Source of the DNA: Acidobacteriota bacterium
Lineage (GTDB): Bacteria > Acidobacteriota > UBA6911 > RPQK01 > JAJDTT01
Assembly: GCA_965209055.1 (NCBI GenBank)
Contig: OZ242374.1
Span: 3,840,001-3,904,000 of the forward strand
DNA length: 64,000 bases
Direction: 5' to 3'
The notes beneath the pieces were generated by a model. That model had not been told where the DNA came from, made no database searches, and saw only the letters and a list, made by a program, of their open reading frames with translations. Position 1 is the stretch's first letter. Every line of letters starts with the position of its first letter. The translations under genes were made by a program, and so were the position numbers. Positions 27,215 to 37,193 of the stretch are shown here, piece by piece.

Positions 27215-28507
27215 TTATCCCTCCCTGGACGTCGAGCTCGTTGCCTCGTCCTGGGCGCGGACTTTCGGAAGTTTGGCGATCAGGAACAGCGACACCACCG
27301 CCGCCGCCAGGGCGAAAATAAAGCTGGCCTGGAACCCGAAATGGTCGGCCAAGGCCCCGTGGGTGCTGGGAGCGAAGAAGCTGGCGCAACTGGTCATCAT
27401 CAGGATCGACATGTTCCGGGTGGAGAGCGCGGGTGACGAGATCCCGACGATGTAGTTGGGGAAGTAGGCGCCGCCCAGCTCACCGGCTCCCATCAATCCG
27501 AAGGCGATGAGGAAGAAGTAGCCGGGAACCGTCCAGCCCCAGATGATGGAGGTCCCCAGCAGTACCATGCAGACGAAGAGGGAGGCCCGCAGGCCGTACC
27601 GCAACGTGATCACGCCCAGGGCATATCCGGCCACGGCCTTGAATCCGAAGCGAAGGGCCATCACCCAACCCGAGTAGTCCTTGGGGTCGCCGCCCAAAAC
27701 CTCCCGGCTGTACAGCGAGAGGGTGGGCATGGCGGTGAAGACCATGAACCACATGAAGAAGCCCAGCCACAGGTAGACCAGCGTGCGGTTTTGAACGAAG
27801 GACTTGAAACTGCCGGAAAAGTAGCTGACGAAGGGTTGACGCGGGGTTTCCGGGACCGAAGCCAGATGGTACCGGCTGGTCAGGTAGCAGGCCATGCCCA
27901 TGCTGGGCGCGCCGATGAGGTAGAGCACGGCGAAGTCATAGGGGTAGGGGAGCCACTCGATGCCACCCCCCAGCACGTACTGGGCCCAGAGGGATCCGGC
28001 CACGGCGAAGATCGGTCCCAGGGCGAAGGTCCACTTGAAGGCCCAGGCGCGGCCTTCAGGTGTCGTGCCCCGCTTCAGGCACTGGTACTTGTACACCTGG
28101 TAGGTGTAGGCGGAAAAACCCTGGATCAGGCCCTGACCGATGACTGCGGTCAAGCGGACCGTATCGCTGAACGGCGCAAAGAGGCAGATGCAGACCAGCG
28201 AGATCATGGTGGTGGTCACGGCGCAGGCGACCACGGCGGTGGTCCGGACGAACCGGTGGGGAACCAGCCACGACAGCAGGGGAGGAGCGAAGGCGCCCAG
28301 AAGATAGGTGGAGGCCGGAAGGTTGGCCACCATGGCGCTGGCCCCCAGCTTGTCCGCCAGCGCGGCCTGGACCACGCCCACGTAGACCACCGGCGCCGCG
28401 AACATGAAGATGCACATGGACACGATGTAGAGGAGGCCGTTGCGGCGGCTCATCTCTTCGGTGGGGAGGAAGAGTGTACCGGTCGCGCCGGGTTCATGGG
28501 GCAGCAT
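27215..28507 (-). CDS. MFS-type transporter
   Basis: About 12 hydrophobic segments in a 6+6 arrangement. Confidence 0.75.
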   Translation of the reverse strand: MLPHEPGATGTLFLPTEEMSRRNGLLYIVSMCIFMFAAPVVYVGVVQAALADKLGASAMVANLPASTYLLGAFAPPLLSWLVPHRFVRTTAVVACAVTTTMISLVCICLFAPFSDTVRLTAVIGQGLIQGFSAYTYQVYKYQCLKRGTTPEGRAWAFKWTFALGPIFAVAGSLWAQYVLGGGIEWLPYPYDFAVLYLIGAPSMGMACYLTSRYHLASVPETPRQPFVSYFSGSFKSFVQNRTLVYLWLGFFMWFMVFTAMPTLSLYSREVLGGDPKDYSGWVMALRFGFKAVAGYALGVITLRYGLRASLFVCMVLLGTSIIWGWTVPGYFFLIAFGLMGAGELGGAYFPNYIVGISSPALSTRNMSILMMTSCASFFAPSTHGALADHFGFQASFIFALAAAVVSLFLIAKLPKVRAQDEATSSTSREG

Positions 28508-28512
28508 TGGTC

Positions 28513-29163
28513 TCAATGGCAACCTCGGCACTCAAAGCTGGTTCCGTGGCAGGGCAGGCAACTGGCCTTGTCCAGTTGGATCTTGCCCGTCCCGTGGAGA
28601 TCGGCGAATTCCTGGGTGTGATCCGCGGGCCGCAGATTCACCCCCTCCAGGTGGCAGTCGCCGCAACTGAAGGGGTTGTCGATCTCCGAGTGACAGACCA
28701 GGCAGTCGGACATGACGGGAAGGGGAGTGGCCTCTCCGGCGTCGAGTCCCCGGTGGCAGGCCATGCAGCCGCCGGACTGGTCCAGGAGGGGCCGGATCTC
28801 AGGTGATCCCAAATACTTGCCGCCGTCGATGGCAGCCGCAAGGAGCGGGGCGAGGTCGCCCATCCGGACATGGAAGGCGTGATCGAATCGGTAGGTGCGC
28901 TCCGGAGCGGTCCAGCGGAGCCGGGCCGGGTCGAGAGGCGTGCGCTCGGGGTCGGAGTGGCACGACAGGCAGACCTCGGGCCGCGGGAAGATCTGATCGC
29001 CGGCTTGACGGCTGGTTTCGGCCCCGGCGTGGCAGTGAGCGCAGGCCAATCCCAGCTCGAGATGAACCGGGTGGGAGAAATCCGGGGAGGCGAGGAGGGT
29101 CAAGCCGAACACCAGGGGCGCGCCAAAGGCGAAGCCGGTTTGGCTCATGCGCTTCCCGGACAT
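28513..29163 (-). CDS. Multiheme c-type cytochrome (cytochrome c3-like, 7 CxxCH)
   Basis: CAHCH, CLSCH, CMACH, CLVCH, CGDCH, CLPCH, CRGCH; FSH..H and FDH..H distal His motifs. Confidence 0.88.
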   Translation of the reverse strand: MSGKRMSQTGFAFGAPLVFGLTLLASPDFSHPVHLELGLACAHCHAGAETSRQAGDQIFPRPEVCLSCHSDPERTPLDPARLRWTAPERTYRFDHAFHVRMGDLAPLLAAAIDGGKYLGSPEIRPLLDQSGGCMACHRGLDAGEATPLPVMSDCLVCHSEIDNPFSCGDCHLEGVNLRPADHTQEFADLHGTGKIQLDKASCLPCHGTSFECRGCH

Positions 29164-29263
29164 GCGGACCGCTCCCGTCTGGGACGCAGGGGGCCATCGC
29201 CGGGGCGGGCCTGTGCGCCGATTCGCTCCGCGAACACCGGTCCGCGGCGACTGTGGCGGCGGG

Positions 29264-30469
29264 TTAGCTCTTGGGATCGTAGGACACCCGCCAGATCTTG
29301 CCGGCCCCGTCGTCGGAGATCAGCAGCGACCCGTCGACCATCTGCAGCAGCCCCACCGGCCGTCCCCAGACCTCGGGACGATCGGGCGCCAACATCCAGC
29401 CCGTGAGGAAATCGGTGGGACCCGAAGTGGGACGGCCCTTCAGGAAAGGGATGAATGCAATGGAATACCCGACTCGCACCGCCCGGTTGGAGGAGCCGCG
29501 AAAGGCCAGGAAGAGGCCGCCGTGGTATTTCTCGGGGAACTGGCTCCCGCTGTAAAAGAGAATGTCCAGGACCGACACGTGTGCGCCCAGCAGGACGTCC
29601 GGGTAGCGGCTGCTGTCGACCTTCTCCTGGTCGGTCTCCTTGTGGCGCGGCTCCTTGTGGGGACCGGAATAGGCGTCGGGGAAGCCGTAGAAACCGCCCT
29701 GTTCGATGTGGACCAGATAGTCGTCCGGCAGATCGTCGCCCAGTCCGTCCCGTTCCTGCACGCTTCCCCAGAGCTCATCCGTCCCCGGGCGCCAGCGCAG
29801 ACCCACGGTGTTGCGCAGACCGGTGGCGAAGATCTCGTGTCCGCTCCCGTCGGGATTGATCCGGTTGAGGGCTGCGCGGACGGGAGGGTCCCCCTTGCCG
29901 ATGTTGGAGCTGGAACCCACCGTTACGTAGAGCTTTTCGCGCTGCCGGTCAAACAACAGGGTCCGGGTCCAATGACCCTTGCCGAATCCCGCCATGGAGA
30001 AGACCTCCTCGCCCTCTCCCGTGATCCAGAGGTTCTTGTAGGGATAGCGTTTGACGGAGGTGGGCTCGGCCACATAGAGGTAACCCTGGTAGCGGGCCAA
30101 ACCGTAAGGCCGGTCCAATCCTTCCAGGAGGACGGTCTTCTTGCCGTGCATCAGCCGGGTGACGGTTCCCGTCGGTTCATTCCGCTTGCCGCTGTCGGTG
30201 ATCAGAATCTCACCGGTCGGACCCAGGAGCATGAAGCGCGGCTTCTCGAAACCGCTGGCGATGACCTCGGCCTGAAACCCGTCGGGGAGCTTCAGGCTGG
30301 CCCCCTCGGGCCGGGGCACGATCTGCGGTCGGTTGCTGGACGATTTGGAATGGAACGGCTCGGGAAGCTTCCTCCAGTTCACCGGAAGATCGGACGATTG
30401 AGCCAGGACGGCGCCACCGGCCGCCAGCAGGATGCACCAGGAGAATCCGAGGAGTTGACGCGCCTTCAT
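29264..30469 (-). CDS. PQQ-dependent sugar/sorbosone dehydrogenase family protein
   Basis: Signal peptide; LKLPDGF, GHWTRT, FATGLRN, QERDGLGDDLP, GRPVG..DGSLLISDD. Confidence 0.9.
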   Translation of the reverse strand: MKARQLLGFSWCILLAAGGAVLAQSSDLPVNWRKLPEPFHSKSSSNRPQIVPRPEGASLKLPDGFQAEVIASGFEKPRFMLLGPTGEILITDSGKRNEPTGTVTRLMHGKKTVLLEGLDRPYGLARYQGYLYVAEPTSVKRYPYKNLWITGEGEEVFSMAGFGKGHWTRTLLFDRQREKLYVTVGSSSNIGKGDPPVRAALNRINPDGSGHEIFATGLRNTVGLRWRPGTDELWGSVQERDGLGDDLPDDYLVHIEQGGFYGFPDAYSGPHKEPRHKETDQEKVDSSRYPDVLLGAHVSVLDILFYSGSQFPEKYHGGLFLAFRGSSNRAVRVGYSIAFIPFLKGRPTSGPTDFLTGWMLAPDRPEVWGRPVGLLQMVDGSLLISDDGAGKIWRVSYDPKS

Positions 30470-30597
30470 GATGGTTCGGGATGGTAGTTTCCGCACGCGG
30501 GCGAGTCAAGGCGCACCGCCCTCGATTGACTCGGCGCCGGAGGGGGCGAAACAATGCGGACCGGACGACGCTGACACCGGAGTTTCTGGAGGCGTGG

Positions 30598-31422
30598 ATG
30601 GTGGGGGATCGCCGGTTGCCTTCTGCCCTGGACCGCTGGCCGCGGATTCGGGATCGGCTTCAGGCCCGCCGGCTGCTGCTTTTTCTGTCCTACGACGGAG
30701 CGCTGGCCCCCCTGGTCTCCCGGGAGGACATGGCGGTGCTGTCCCGGGGAATGAAGGAGGCGCTCCGCCAACTGGCCGGCCTTTGCCCCACGGTGATCGT
30801 GAGCCGGCGGGGACGACAGGACCTGGCCTCCATGGTGGATATCGACGGCCTCTATCACGCCGGCAGCGACGGGTTGGATTTCTCGGGACCGGGACTGAGG
30901 GGCGGGTCGCGGGCCAAGGTGGAGTGGGTGCGGCAGGTTCGCTCCCTCGCGGCCGACCTGGTCCAGGCGTTCCTGGGAACCGACGGTGTCCTGGTGGATC
31001 CCAGGGACGTTTCCCTGGGCCTCCAATTGGATCCGGCCGCCCGGGCCCGCTCCCCTGAAATAGAGCGCATTCTCGATTCGGTTCTCAGGGGATATCCTCG
31101 CCTGCAGAAGATCCGTGACCGGGATGGTCTGCTGGTGCGGCCCCGTTTGGAATGGGATCGGGGAAGGGCGGCCACGCGGATCGCGGCCGAGTTGGCGCCG
31201 TCCGGAGCCGGACGGATCCCCCTTTACGCGGGGACGCACCCGGCCGACGAGACGGCCTTTCATGCGCTGAGCGCAGCGGGGCTGACCCTCGTCGTGGGCG
31301 GGGCCGGATCGGCCACCGGGGCCCACTATCAGCTTCAAAATCCGGTCGAATTGGAGTCCTTTCTCTTTCGACTCTCGGACCTTGTTCGAGGGACTGAAGA
31401 CGTATCGCGGCGGGGGAATTGA
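30598..31422 (+). CDS. Trehalose-6-phosphate-phosphatase (OtsB)-like HAD protein with substituted catalytic motifs
   Basis: LPSAL..LLLFLSYDGALAP, YHAGSDG, RPRLEWDRGRA, YAGTHPADETAF; GGAGG RBS before ATG 30598. Confidence 0.7.
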   Translation: MVGDRRLPSALDRWPRIRDRLQARRLLLFLSYDGALAPLVSREDMAVLSRGMKEALRQLAGLCPTVIVSRRGRQDLASMVDIDGLYHAGSDGLDFSGPGLRGGSRAKVEWVRQVRSLAADLVQAFLGTDGVLVDPRDVSLGLQLDPAARARSPEIERILDSVLRGYPRLQKIRDRDGLLVRPRLEWDRGRAATRIAAELAPSGAGRIPLYAGTHPADETAFHALSAAGLTLVVGGAGSATGAHYQLQNPVELESFLFRLSDLVRGTEDVSRRGN

Positions 31423-31423
31423 C

Positions 31424-32407
31424 ATGCGGGCCATGATCCTGAGGCGGCCGGGAACGAGCCTGGAGCCGGTGGACCTGCCGCCCCTGCACCCGGGACCGGG
31501 GCAGGTGCGCGTCAGGGTTCGGGCCTGCGCCGTGTGCCGCACGGACCTGCACGTGGTGGACGGAGATCTGACCGGCACCAAGCTGCCCATCATCCCCGGG
31601 CATGAAATCGTGGGAGAAGTGGCCGAGTTGGGTCCCGCAGTGCGGCGGCACTCCGTCGGGGACCGGGTCGGAATCCCCTGGCTGGGATGGACCTGCGGGC
31701 AGTGCGGTTACTGCCGTTCGGACCGGGAGAATCTCTGCGAACGGGCCCGGTTCACCGGGTATACATTGAACGGAGGCTACGCCGAAGAGGTCGTGGCCCA
31801 CGAGCGCTACTGCTTTTCGTTGCCGCCGGAGTACTCGGACATCGAGGCGGCCCCCCTCCTGTGTGCCGGCCTCATCGGCTACCGGTCGTTGGTCATGGCC
31901 GGCCCGGGACGGCGTCTGGGCCTCTACGGGTTCGGCGCGGCCGCCCATATCGTCGCCCAGGTGGCCCGGCACCAGGGCAGAAGCGTCTACGCCTTCACCC
32001 GTCCCGGCGATGGGACGGCACAGGAATTCGCCGTGTCCCTGGGGGCGGTCTGGGCCGGGGGTTCGCAACGGATGCCCCCTGAACCGCTGGACGCCGCCAT
32101 CATCTTCGCCCCGGTGGGTCCGCTGGTGCCGCTGGCTCTCGAAGCCGTGGACAAGGGTGGAACCGTGGTCCTGGGCGGAATCCACATGAGCGACATCCCG
32201 TCGTTTCCCTACCGCCTGTTGTGGGAGGAACGCCGGCTCTGTTCGGTGGCCAATTTGACCCGGAAGGACGCGGTGGAGTTCCTGGAGGTGGCCCCGCGGG
32301 TGCCGGTGCGCACCGAGACCGAGACGTTTGCTCTCGCCGACGCCAACGAAGCCCTCCGCCGGTTGGCGCAGGGCGAGCTGGATGGAGCCGCGGTGCTGGT
32401 CCCTTGA
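31424..32407 (+). CDS. Zinc-dependent alcohol dehydrogenase (AdhP-like)
   Basis: CRTDLH, GHEIVG, CGQCGYC..ENLC, APLLCAG, GLYGFGAA. Confidence 0.95.
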   Translation: MRAMILRRPGTSLEPVDLPPLHPGPGQVRVRVRACAVCRTDLHVVDGDLTGTKLPIIPGHEIVGEVAELGPAVRRHSVGDRVGIPWLGWTCGQCGYCRSDRENLCERARFTGYTLNGGYAEEVVAHERYCFSLPPEYSDIEAAPLLCAGLIGYRSLVMAGPGRRLGLYGFGAAAHIVAQVARHQGRSVYAFTRPGDGTAQEFAVSLGAVWAGGSQRMPPEPLDAAIIFAPVGPLVPLALEAVDKGGTVVLGGIHMSDIPSFPYRLLWEERRLCSVANLTRKDAVEFLEVAPRVPVRTETETFALADANEALRRLAQGELDGAAVLVP

Positions 32408-32535
32408 TGCGGGAGGCGGCGCTCGCCGTGCGCGGGGACCGTTTTCACGGCAGGCTCGGACTCATAGTAGACTGACGCCGGGTCCGGGCCTCGGGGCCGG
32501 TAAAAAGCCGCATCCTGTCCGTCAGGAGGATCGAC

Positions 32536-34293
32536 ATGTTATTTCAGGTGGGGGCCGATTCGATAGCTCGTTTCACGGGACCCGGTGCATTGGGAGGCGT
32601 CCCGTATGCGTCGAGGCTCGGATCGTTTGGATGGTTGTTGACTCTGGTACTCTCCGCGGGATCGATGACAGCCGAGCCGCAGCCACAGCTCCTCCCTCAT
32701 CATGCGGAACTGGGTCCGGGGGTTCACGCCGCCGGGTTCTCCCACCAATTCGCCAGCGCCAACTGCGGATGGGTGGAGATGGACGGGGAGACCCTGCTGG
32801 TCGACCTGCCCAGAGGCCGATCCGTTGAGGCCTATCTGGACCGGGTCACGGCTCAAGGAAAGCGGCCCGCGCGGCTTCTGGTGTTGACCCACATCTGGGA
32901 GGATTCGTCCTGGGCGGCCTATTCGGCCTACGAACCGGTGGAAAAGCGCTGGTACCGCTCTCCCGAACCCATGCGACCGGACGCGATCGCTCCTCTGGTC
33001 GGCGCGCTGATCAAGGGAGGCGTCAAGCAGATCGTCACCTCTCCCAAGATTCGCCAACGATTGTTGGGCAAGATGCCGGATCTGGATCCGTCCATGGTGA
33101 CGGCCCTGTCGAGTCCGGGCTTCGTGGGAGACTCCGCCCGGTCGATCCGGTTCCTGCCGCTGGACGGAGTCTGGGACGAGGGAGCCGGGGCTCTCTATCT
33201 GCGGAAGGAGAAAGTCCTTTTCGGTGGCCCCTTGGTCATGAACGGCATCCGGTTCCATCCGGATGGGAAGGACACCGCGGCCTGGATCGAGGTTCTGGAC
33301 CGCCTCCATGACCTGGGCGCGAGAGAGGTCGTACCGGGTTTCGGTTCCTGGACCGGGACCAACATGCTGGGGCGTCTCCGCGACCTGCTGGCGGAGCTCC
33401 GGGACGAGGTCGCCTACGGGATCGCCATTGGATACTCCCTGGCCGAGGTCCAGAAGTATGTCCGGATTCCCGACGGGCTCCAGTATTGGACCACCCATTC
33501 GCGCCCCAGAGACCCACAGATCGCCCATGTCTATCGGGAGCTCACGGTCCCCAATGCTCCCTTCCACGGTCGTCCGCCCCGGCCCGGCGACTCCGGTCCC
33601 CATGCGCTGGTCCTGATCGGGGACAGTCCCCATCCACCGGCGCCGATCCGGAAGGCGTTGGCAATGGTATTCCAGGCCACCGGCGTGACTCCCCACTTCA
33701 CGGTGGACGTGAACGCCCTGTCGGCGGAAAACCTGTCCCGGGTCCAGTTGCTGGTCATTCTGCGGGACGGCCGCCAGGTGGAGCGCAAAGGGGAGGGCCG
33801 GGAGCCGTTGCGGGTTCTGGTGGATCCCCTGCATGGGGAGATCAAGACCTGGGTGACCCTGGAACAGGAGCGGGCGGTGGTGGATTTCGTGGAGAAGGGC
33901 GGCTCCTTCCTGAATCTCCACAACTCGCTGGGGCTCTATCCTCCCGCCGGACCCTACTTGAAGCTGGTGGGAGGACGTTACATCGGGCACGGACCCTATG
34001 AGCGCTTCCGCGTCGAGGTGGTGGACCCGGATCATCCCATCACGGAGGGCGTCAGCGACTACACGACCGCCGACGAGCAGCACTCGCCGGTCATCTACGA
34101 CGAGAGCCAGGTCCACATGATCCTGGAGAGCCGGATGGACAACGGAATCGCGGTCCCCGCCGGCTGGGTCCGCGAGGCCGGGAAGGGCAGAGTCTGCCAC
34201 CTGGCCGGCGGCCATCCGGCCGAACCGCTGTTTCACCCCATGTACCAGCGCTTGATGAAGAACGCCGTCCGCTGGTGCCTTCGGGCCGAGTGA
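32536..34293 (+). CDS. MBL-fold domain fused to a ThuA-like (class I GATase fold) domain
   Basis: ANCGWV..LLVD..LVLTH..VVPGFG N-terminal; GGSFLNLH, DHPITEG, DEQH, GKGRVCHLAGGH C-terminal. Confidence 0.7.
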   Translation: MLFQVGADSIARFTGPGALGGVPYASRLGSFGWLLTLVLSAGSMTAEPQPQLLPHHAELGPGVHAAGFSHQFASANCGWVEMDGETLLVDLPRGRSVEAYLDRVTAQGKRPARLLVLTHIWEDSSWAAYSAYEPVEKRWYRSPEPMRPDAIAPLVGALIKGGVKQIVTSPKIRQRLLGKMPDLDPSMVTALSSPGFVGDSARSIRFLPLDGVWDEGAGALYLRKEKVLFGGPLVMNGIRFHPDGKDTAAWIEVLDRLHDLGAREVVPGFGSWTGTNMLGRLRDLLAELRDEVAYGIAIGYSLAEVQKYVRIPDGLQYWTTHSRPRDPQIAHVYRELTVPNAPFHGRPPRPGDSGPHALVLIGDSPHPPAPIRKALAMVFQATGVTPHFTVDVNALSAENLSRVQLLVILRDGRQVERKGEGREPLRVLVDPLHGEIKTWVTLEQERAVVDFVEKGGSFLNLHNSLGLYPPAGPYLKLVGGRYIGHGPYERFRVEVVDPDHPITEGVSDYTTADEQHSPVIYDESQVHMILESRMDNGIAVPAGWVREAGKGRVCHLAGGHPAEPLFHPMYQRLMKNAVRWCLRAE

Positions 34294-34359
34294 TAGGAGG
34301 GGGGACTTTCCTGTCCCCCCTGACCCCCCTGTCGGCGGTAGGAATACCGCCGCTCCTAC
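34294..34359. repeat. REP-like doublet between convergent genes
   Basis: TAGGAGGGGGGACTTTCCTGTCCCCCC ... GGCGGTAGGAATACCGCCGCTCCTAC. Confidence 0.75.
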
Positions 34360-34379
34360 GGCGGCAGGGATGGCGTGGC

Positions 34380-36086
34380 TCATCGCAGGAAGTCGAAATC
34401 GCATCCCTGGTCCGCCTGCAGGACGCGTTCGAAGTAGAGTCGGCGGTAGCCTCTTGATGCGGGCCGGACCCGGCGACGGAAGCCCGCAAGCCGGCGCTGG
34501 ATCTCCCGCGGCTCGACCAGGAGGTCCAATCGCCGGGCCGGAACGTCGAGCCGGATGGGATCGCCCGTGCGGACCGCGGCCAGCGGTCCTCCCGCTTCGC
34601 TCTCGGGGCAGACGTGGACCACCACCGTTCCCCGAGCCGTGCCGCTGATGCGAGCGTCGCTGATCCGGACCATGTCCCGAACGCCCGAACGGAGCAGTTT
34701 TCGGGGGATCGGCAGCAGTCCCCATTCGGGCATGCCGGGACCGCCGAGGGGCCCGGCGCCTCGAAGCACCAGCACGTCCTCGGGACCGACTTCCAGATCC
34801 GGATCGTCGATGCCCTCCAGCAGTTCGTGGTGATCGTCGAAAACGATCGCCCGGCCCTCATGGCGCAGCAGTCCGGGCGCGGCGGCGCTGTGCTTGATGA
34901 TGCATCCGTCCGGAGCCAGCGACCCGTAGAGGACGGCCAGGCCGCCGGCAGGTTCCAGCGGGCGGTCCAGGGGACGGATCACTTCCGGATTGTCGTTGCG
35001 GGCTCCCTGAAGGTTCTCGCCCAGGCTCTTTCCGGTGACCGTGGGCTGGTCCAGGTCCAGCAGAGGCGCGATCTCATTCAAAAGCGCCGCCGCCCCTCCC
35101 GCGTAGGCGAAGTCCTCCATCAGGAAACGCCCCGCCGGCTTCAGATCCAGGAGCACCGGTGTCGTCTGAGACAGTTCGTCGAACCTCTTGAGCGACAGCG
35201 GGATGCCGGCGCGTCCGGCCACGGCCAGAAGATGCACGATGGCGTTCGTGGATCCGCCGATGGCGTGCAGCGTGTGGATGGCGTTGTCGAACGACGCGGC
35301 GCTCAGCAGCCGGGACGGTTTCAGATCCCGTTCCGCCAAGTCCACGATCCGGCGTCCGGCGCGGTGCGCCAGGCGGGTCCGGCGGGAATCGGCCGCCGGA
35401 TAGGCGGCGTTTCCGGGCAGCGCCAATCCCAGGGCTTCGGACAGTGTGGCCAGGGTGGAAGCCGTGCCCATGGTCATGCAGTGCCCCGGACTCCGGATCA
35501 TGGCGCCCTGGAGATCCAGCCAGTCTTCCTGCTTGATTCTCCCGGCTCTCAGTTCGGCCTCGAAGCGCCTGCAATCGGTGCACGATCCCAGCTCCTGGCC
35601 CCGCCAGTGGGCGGTGAGCTGTGGCCCGCCCGTCACCAGGATCGCCGGCAGGTCCGCGCTCACGGCTCCCATGAGCAGTCCCGGCGTGGTCTTGTCGCAT
35701 CCTCCCAGCAGGACCACGCCGTCCAGAGGATTGGCCCGGATGCATTCCTCCACGTCCATGCTTAGGAGGTTGCGGAAGAGCATGGCGGTGGGCCGCATGT
35801 TGAACTCGCCCAACGAGATGACCGGGAATTCGAAGGGCACTCCGCCCGCCTGCCAGACCCCCTCCTTGACCCGCTGGGCGAGGGTGCGCAGGTGGGCATT
35901 GCAATGGGTCAACTCGCTCCAGGTGTTGCAGATGCCGATGAGGGGACGGTCCCGGTACACGCCGGGGTCGAGACCCAGCCCCTGCAGGGCGGCCTGCCGG
36001 GTCCACCCGTACAGTTCGGGGGTGTCGAACCACTCGCGGCTGCGCAAGTTGCGCCTTTTTCTGTTCTTCAATCCCTTCGCCTCCAC
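34380..36086 (-). CDS. IlvD/Edd-family dehydratase (sugar-acid, L-arabonate-dehydratase-like)
   Basis: IGICNTWSELTHCN, GCDKTTP, GHCMTMGTAST, GGSTNA, GPGMPE, ISDARISGT. Confidence 0.92.
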   Translation of the reverse strand: MEAKGLKNRKRRNLRSREWFDTPELYGWTRQAALQGLGLDPGVYRDRPLIGICNTWSELTHCNAHLRTLAQRVKEGVWQAGGVPFEFPVISLGEFNMRPTAMLFRNLLSMDVEECIRANPLDGVVLLGGCDKTTPGLLMGAVSADLPAILVTGGPQLTAHWRGQELGSCTDCRRFEAELRAGRIKQEDWLDLQGAMIRSPGHCMTMGTASTLATLSEALGLALPGNAAYPAADSRRTRLAHRAGRRIVDLAERDLKPSRLLSAASFDNAIHTLHAIGGSTNAIVHLLAVAGRAGIPLSLKRFDELSQTTPVLLDLKPAGRFLMEDFAYAGGAAALLNEIAPLLDLDQPTVTGKSLGENLQGARNDNPEVIRPLDRPLEPAGGLAVLYGSLAPDGCIIKHSAAAPGLLRHEGRAIVFDDHHELLEGIDDPDLEVGPEDVLVLRGAGPLGGPGMPEWGLLPIPRKLLRSGVRDMVRISDARISGTARGTVVVHVCPESEAGGPLAAVRTGDPIRLDVPARRLDLLVEPREIQRRLAGFRRRVRPASRGYRRLYFERVLQADQGCDFDFLR

Positions 36087-36245
36087 CCCGAAAAATTCCC
36101 GAGTCCTGTGTTATCATGCCCGCAACTCCGACACAATTCGGAGAGGGCTCGTTGGCCCGAACACCCCGGAGGGCGGTGGAGGGCCGTTCCTGCGGCGGAT
36201 TTTGTGACTGCTCGGTCCGCGTCCCGCAACTCAGAAAGGAGATCC

Positions 36246-37190
36246 ATGATGCTGAATTTTCGGGGATTCGTGACGTTGCTGGCCCCCTCTCTTCTTCTGC
36301 TCTGCAGTTGTGGCGGGAACATCAACGAGGAGCTGATCGATGCCGCGGGGAATGGGGATGACGCCGCCGTCAAGGAACTCCTGGCACAAGGGGCCGACGC
36401 CAATGCCGCCAGCGAGGAGGAGGGACAGGAAGGACAGCTCGCCCTCATCCTGGCCGCCGGTCACGGCCACGACGCCGTGGTCCAGTCGTTGATCGGTGGC
36501 GGCGCCGACATCGAAATCCGCGATTCCGAACAGCGGACACCCTTGATGGCGGCCGCGGCGAGCGGTCAGGCCGGGACGGTCCGGGTCCTGCTGGAGGCCG
36601 GCGCCGATGTGGAGGCGCAGGACAACCGGAAGCGGACGGCCGTGCTCTGGGCCGCGGCTCGGGGTCACGACGAGGTCATCGGCGCGCTGGCGGAAAAGGG
36701 AGCCAATCTGGACGTGGCGGATCAGAGCGGCGGAACCGCACTGATCATGTCCCTCGGGGCCGGACATGGCGAGACGGCGCGAGCGCTGCTGAGCCACGGC
36801 GCGGACGCCTATGCCATGACCAGCGACGGATCTCCTTCCATCCTGCTGGCGGCCAAACTGGGTGACACGGAGAGCGTCAACGCCCTGCTGCAAGAGGGAG
36901 TCGACGCCGAGGGAACGGATCCGGACGGAAAGACCTCCGTGGTGTGGGCCGCCGAGGGTGGACACACCGAAACCGTGAAGGCCCTGGCCGAGTCGGGAGC
37001 CGACGTCAACGTGCAGGACAAGCAGGGTTGGACCGGACTCATGTACGCGGCGGTCAATGGGCATGCCGATGCGGTCAAGTCGCTGTTGGAGGCCGGAGCC
37101 GACGCCAGGGCCAGGAACGAGGACGGGAAGACGGCCCGGACGCTGGCTCAAGAGGGGAACAAGGAGGAGGTCGCCGCCCTCTTGAAGTAG
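36246..37190 (+). CDS. Ankyrin-repeat lipoprotein
   Basis: Lipobox LCSC; about 8 repeats of TPLMxAA..G...V..LL..GADV; AGAAAGGAG RBS. Confidence 0.92.
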   Translation: MMLNFRGFVTLLAPSLLLLCSCGGNINEELIDAAGNGDDAAVKELLAQGADANAASEEEGQEGQLALILAAGHGHDAVVQSLIGGGADIEIRDSEQRTPLMAAAASGQAGTVRVLLEAGADVEAQDNRKRTAVLWAAARGHDEVIGALAEKGANLDVADQSGGTALIMSLGAGHGETARALLSHGADAYAMTSDGSPSILLAAKLGDTESVNALLQEGVDAEGTDPDGKTSVVWAAEGGHTETVKALAESGADVNVQDKQGWTGLMYAAVNGHADAVKSLLEAGADARARNEDGKTARTLAQEGNKEEVAALLK

Positions 37191-37193
37191 CCC

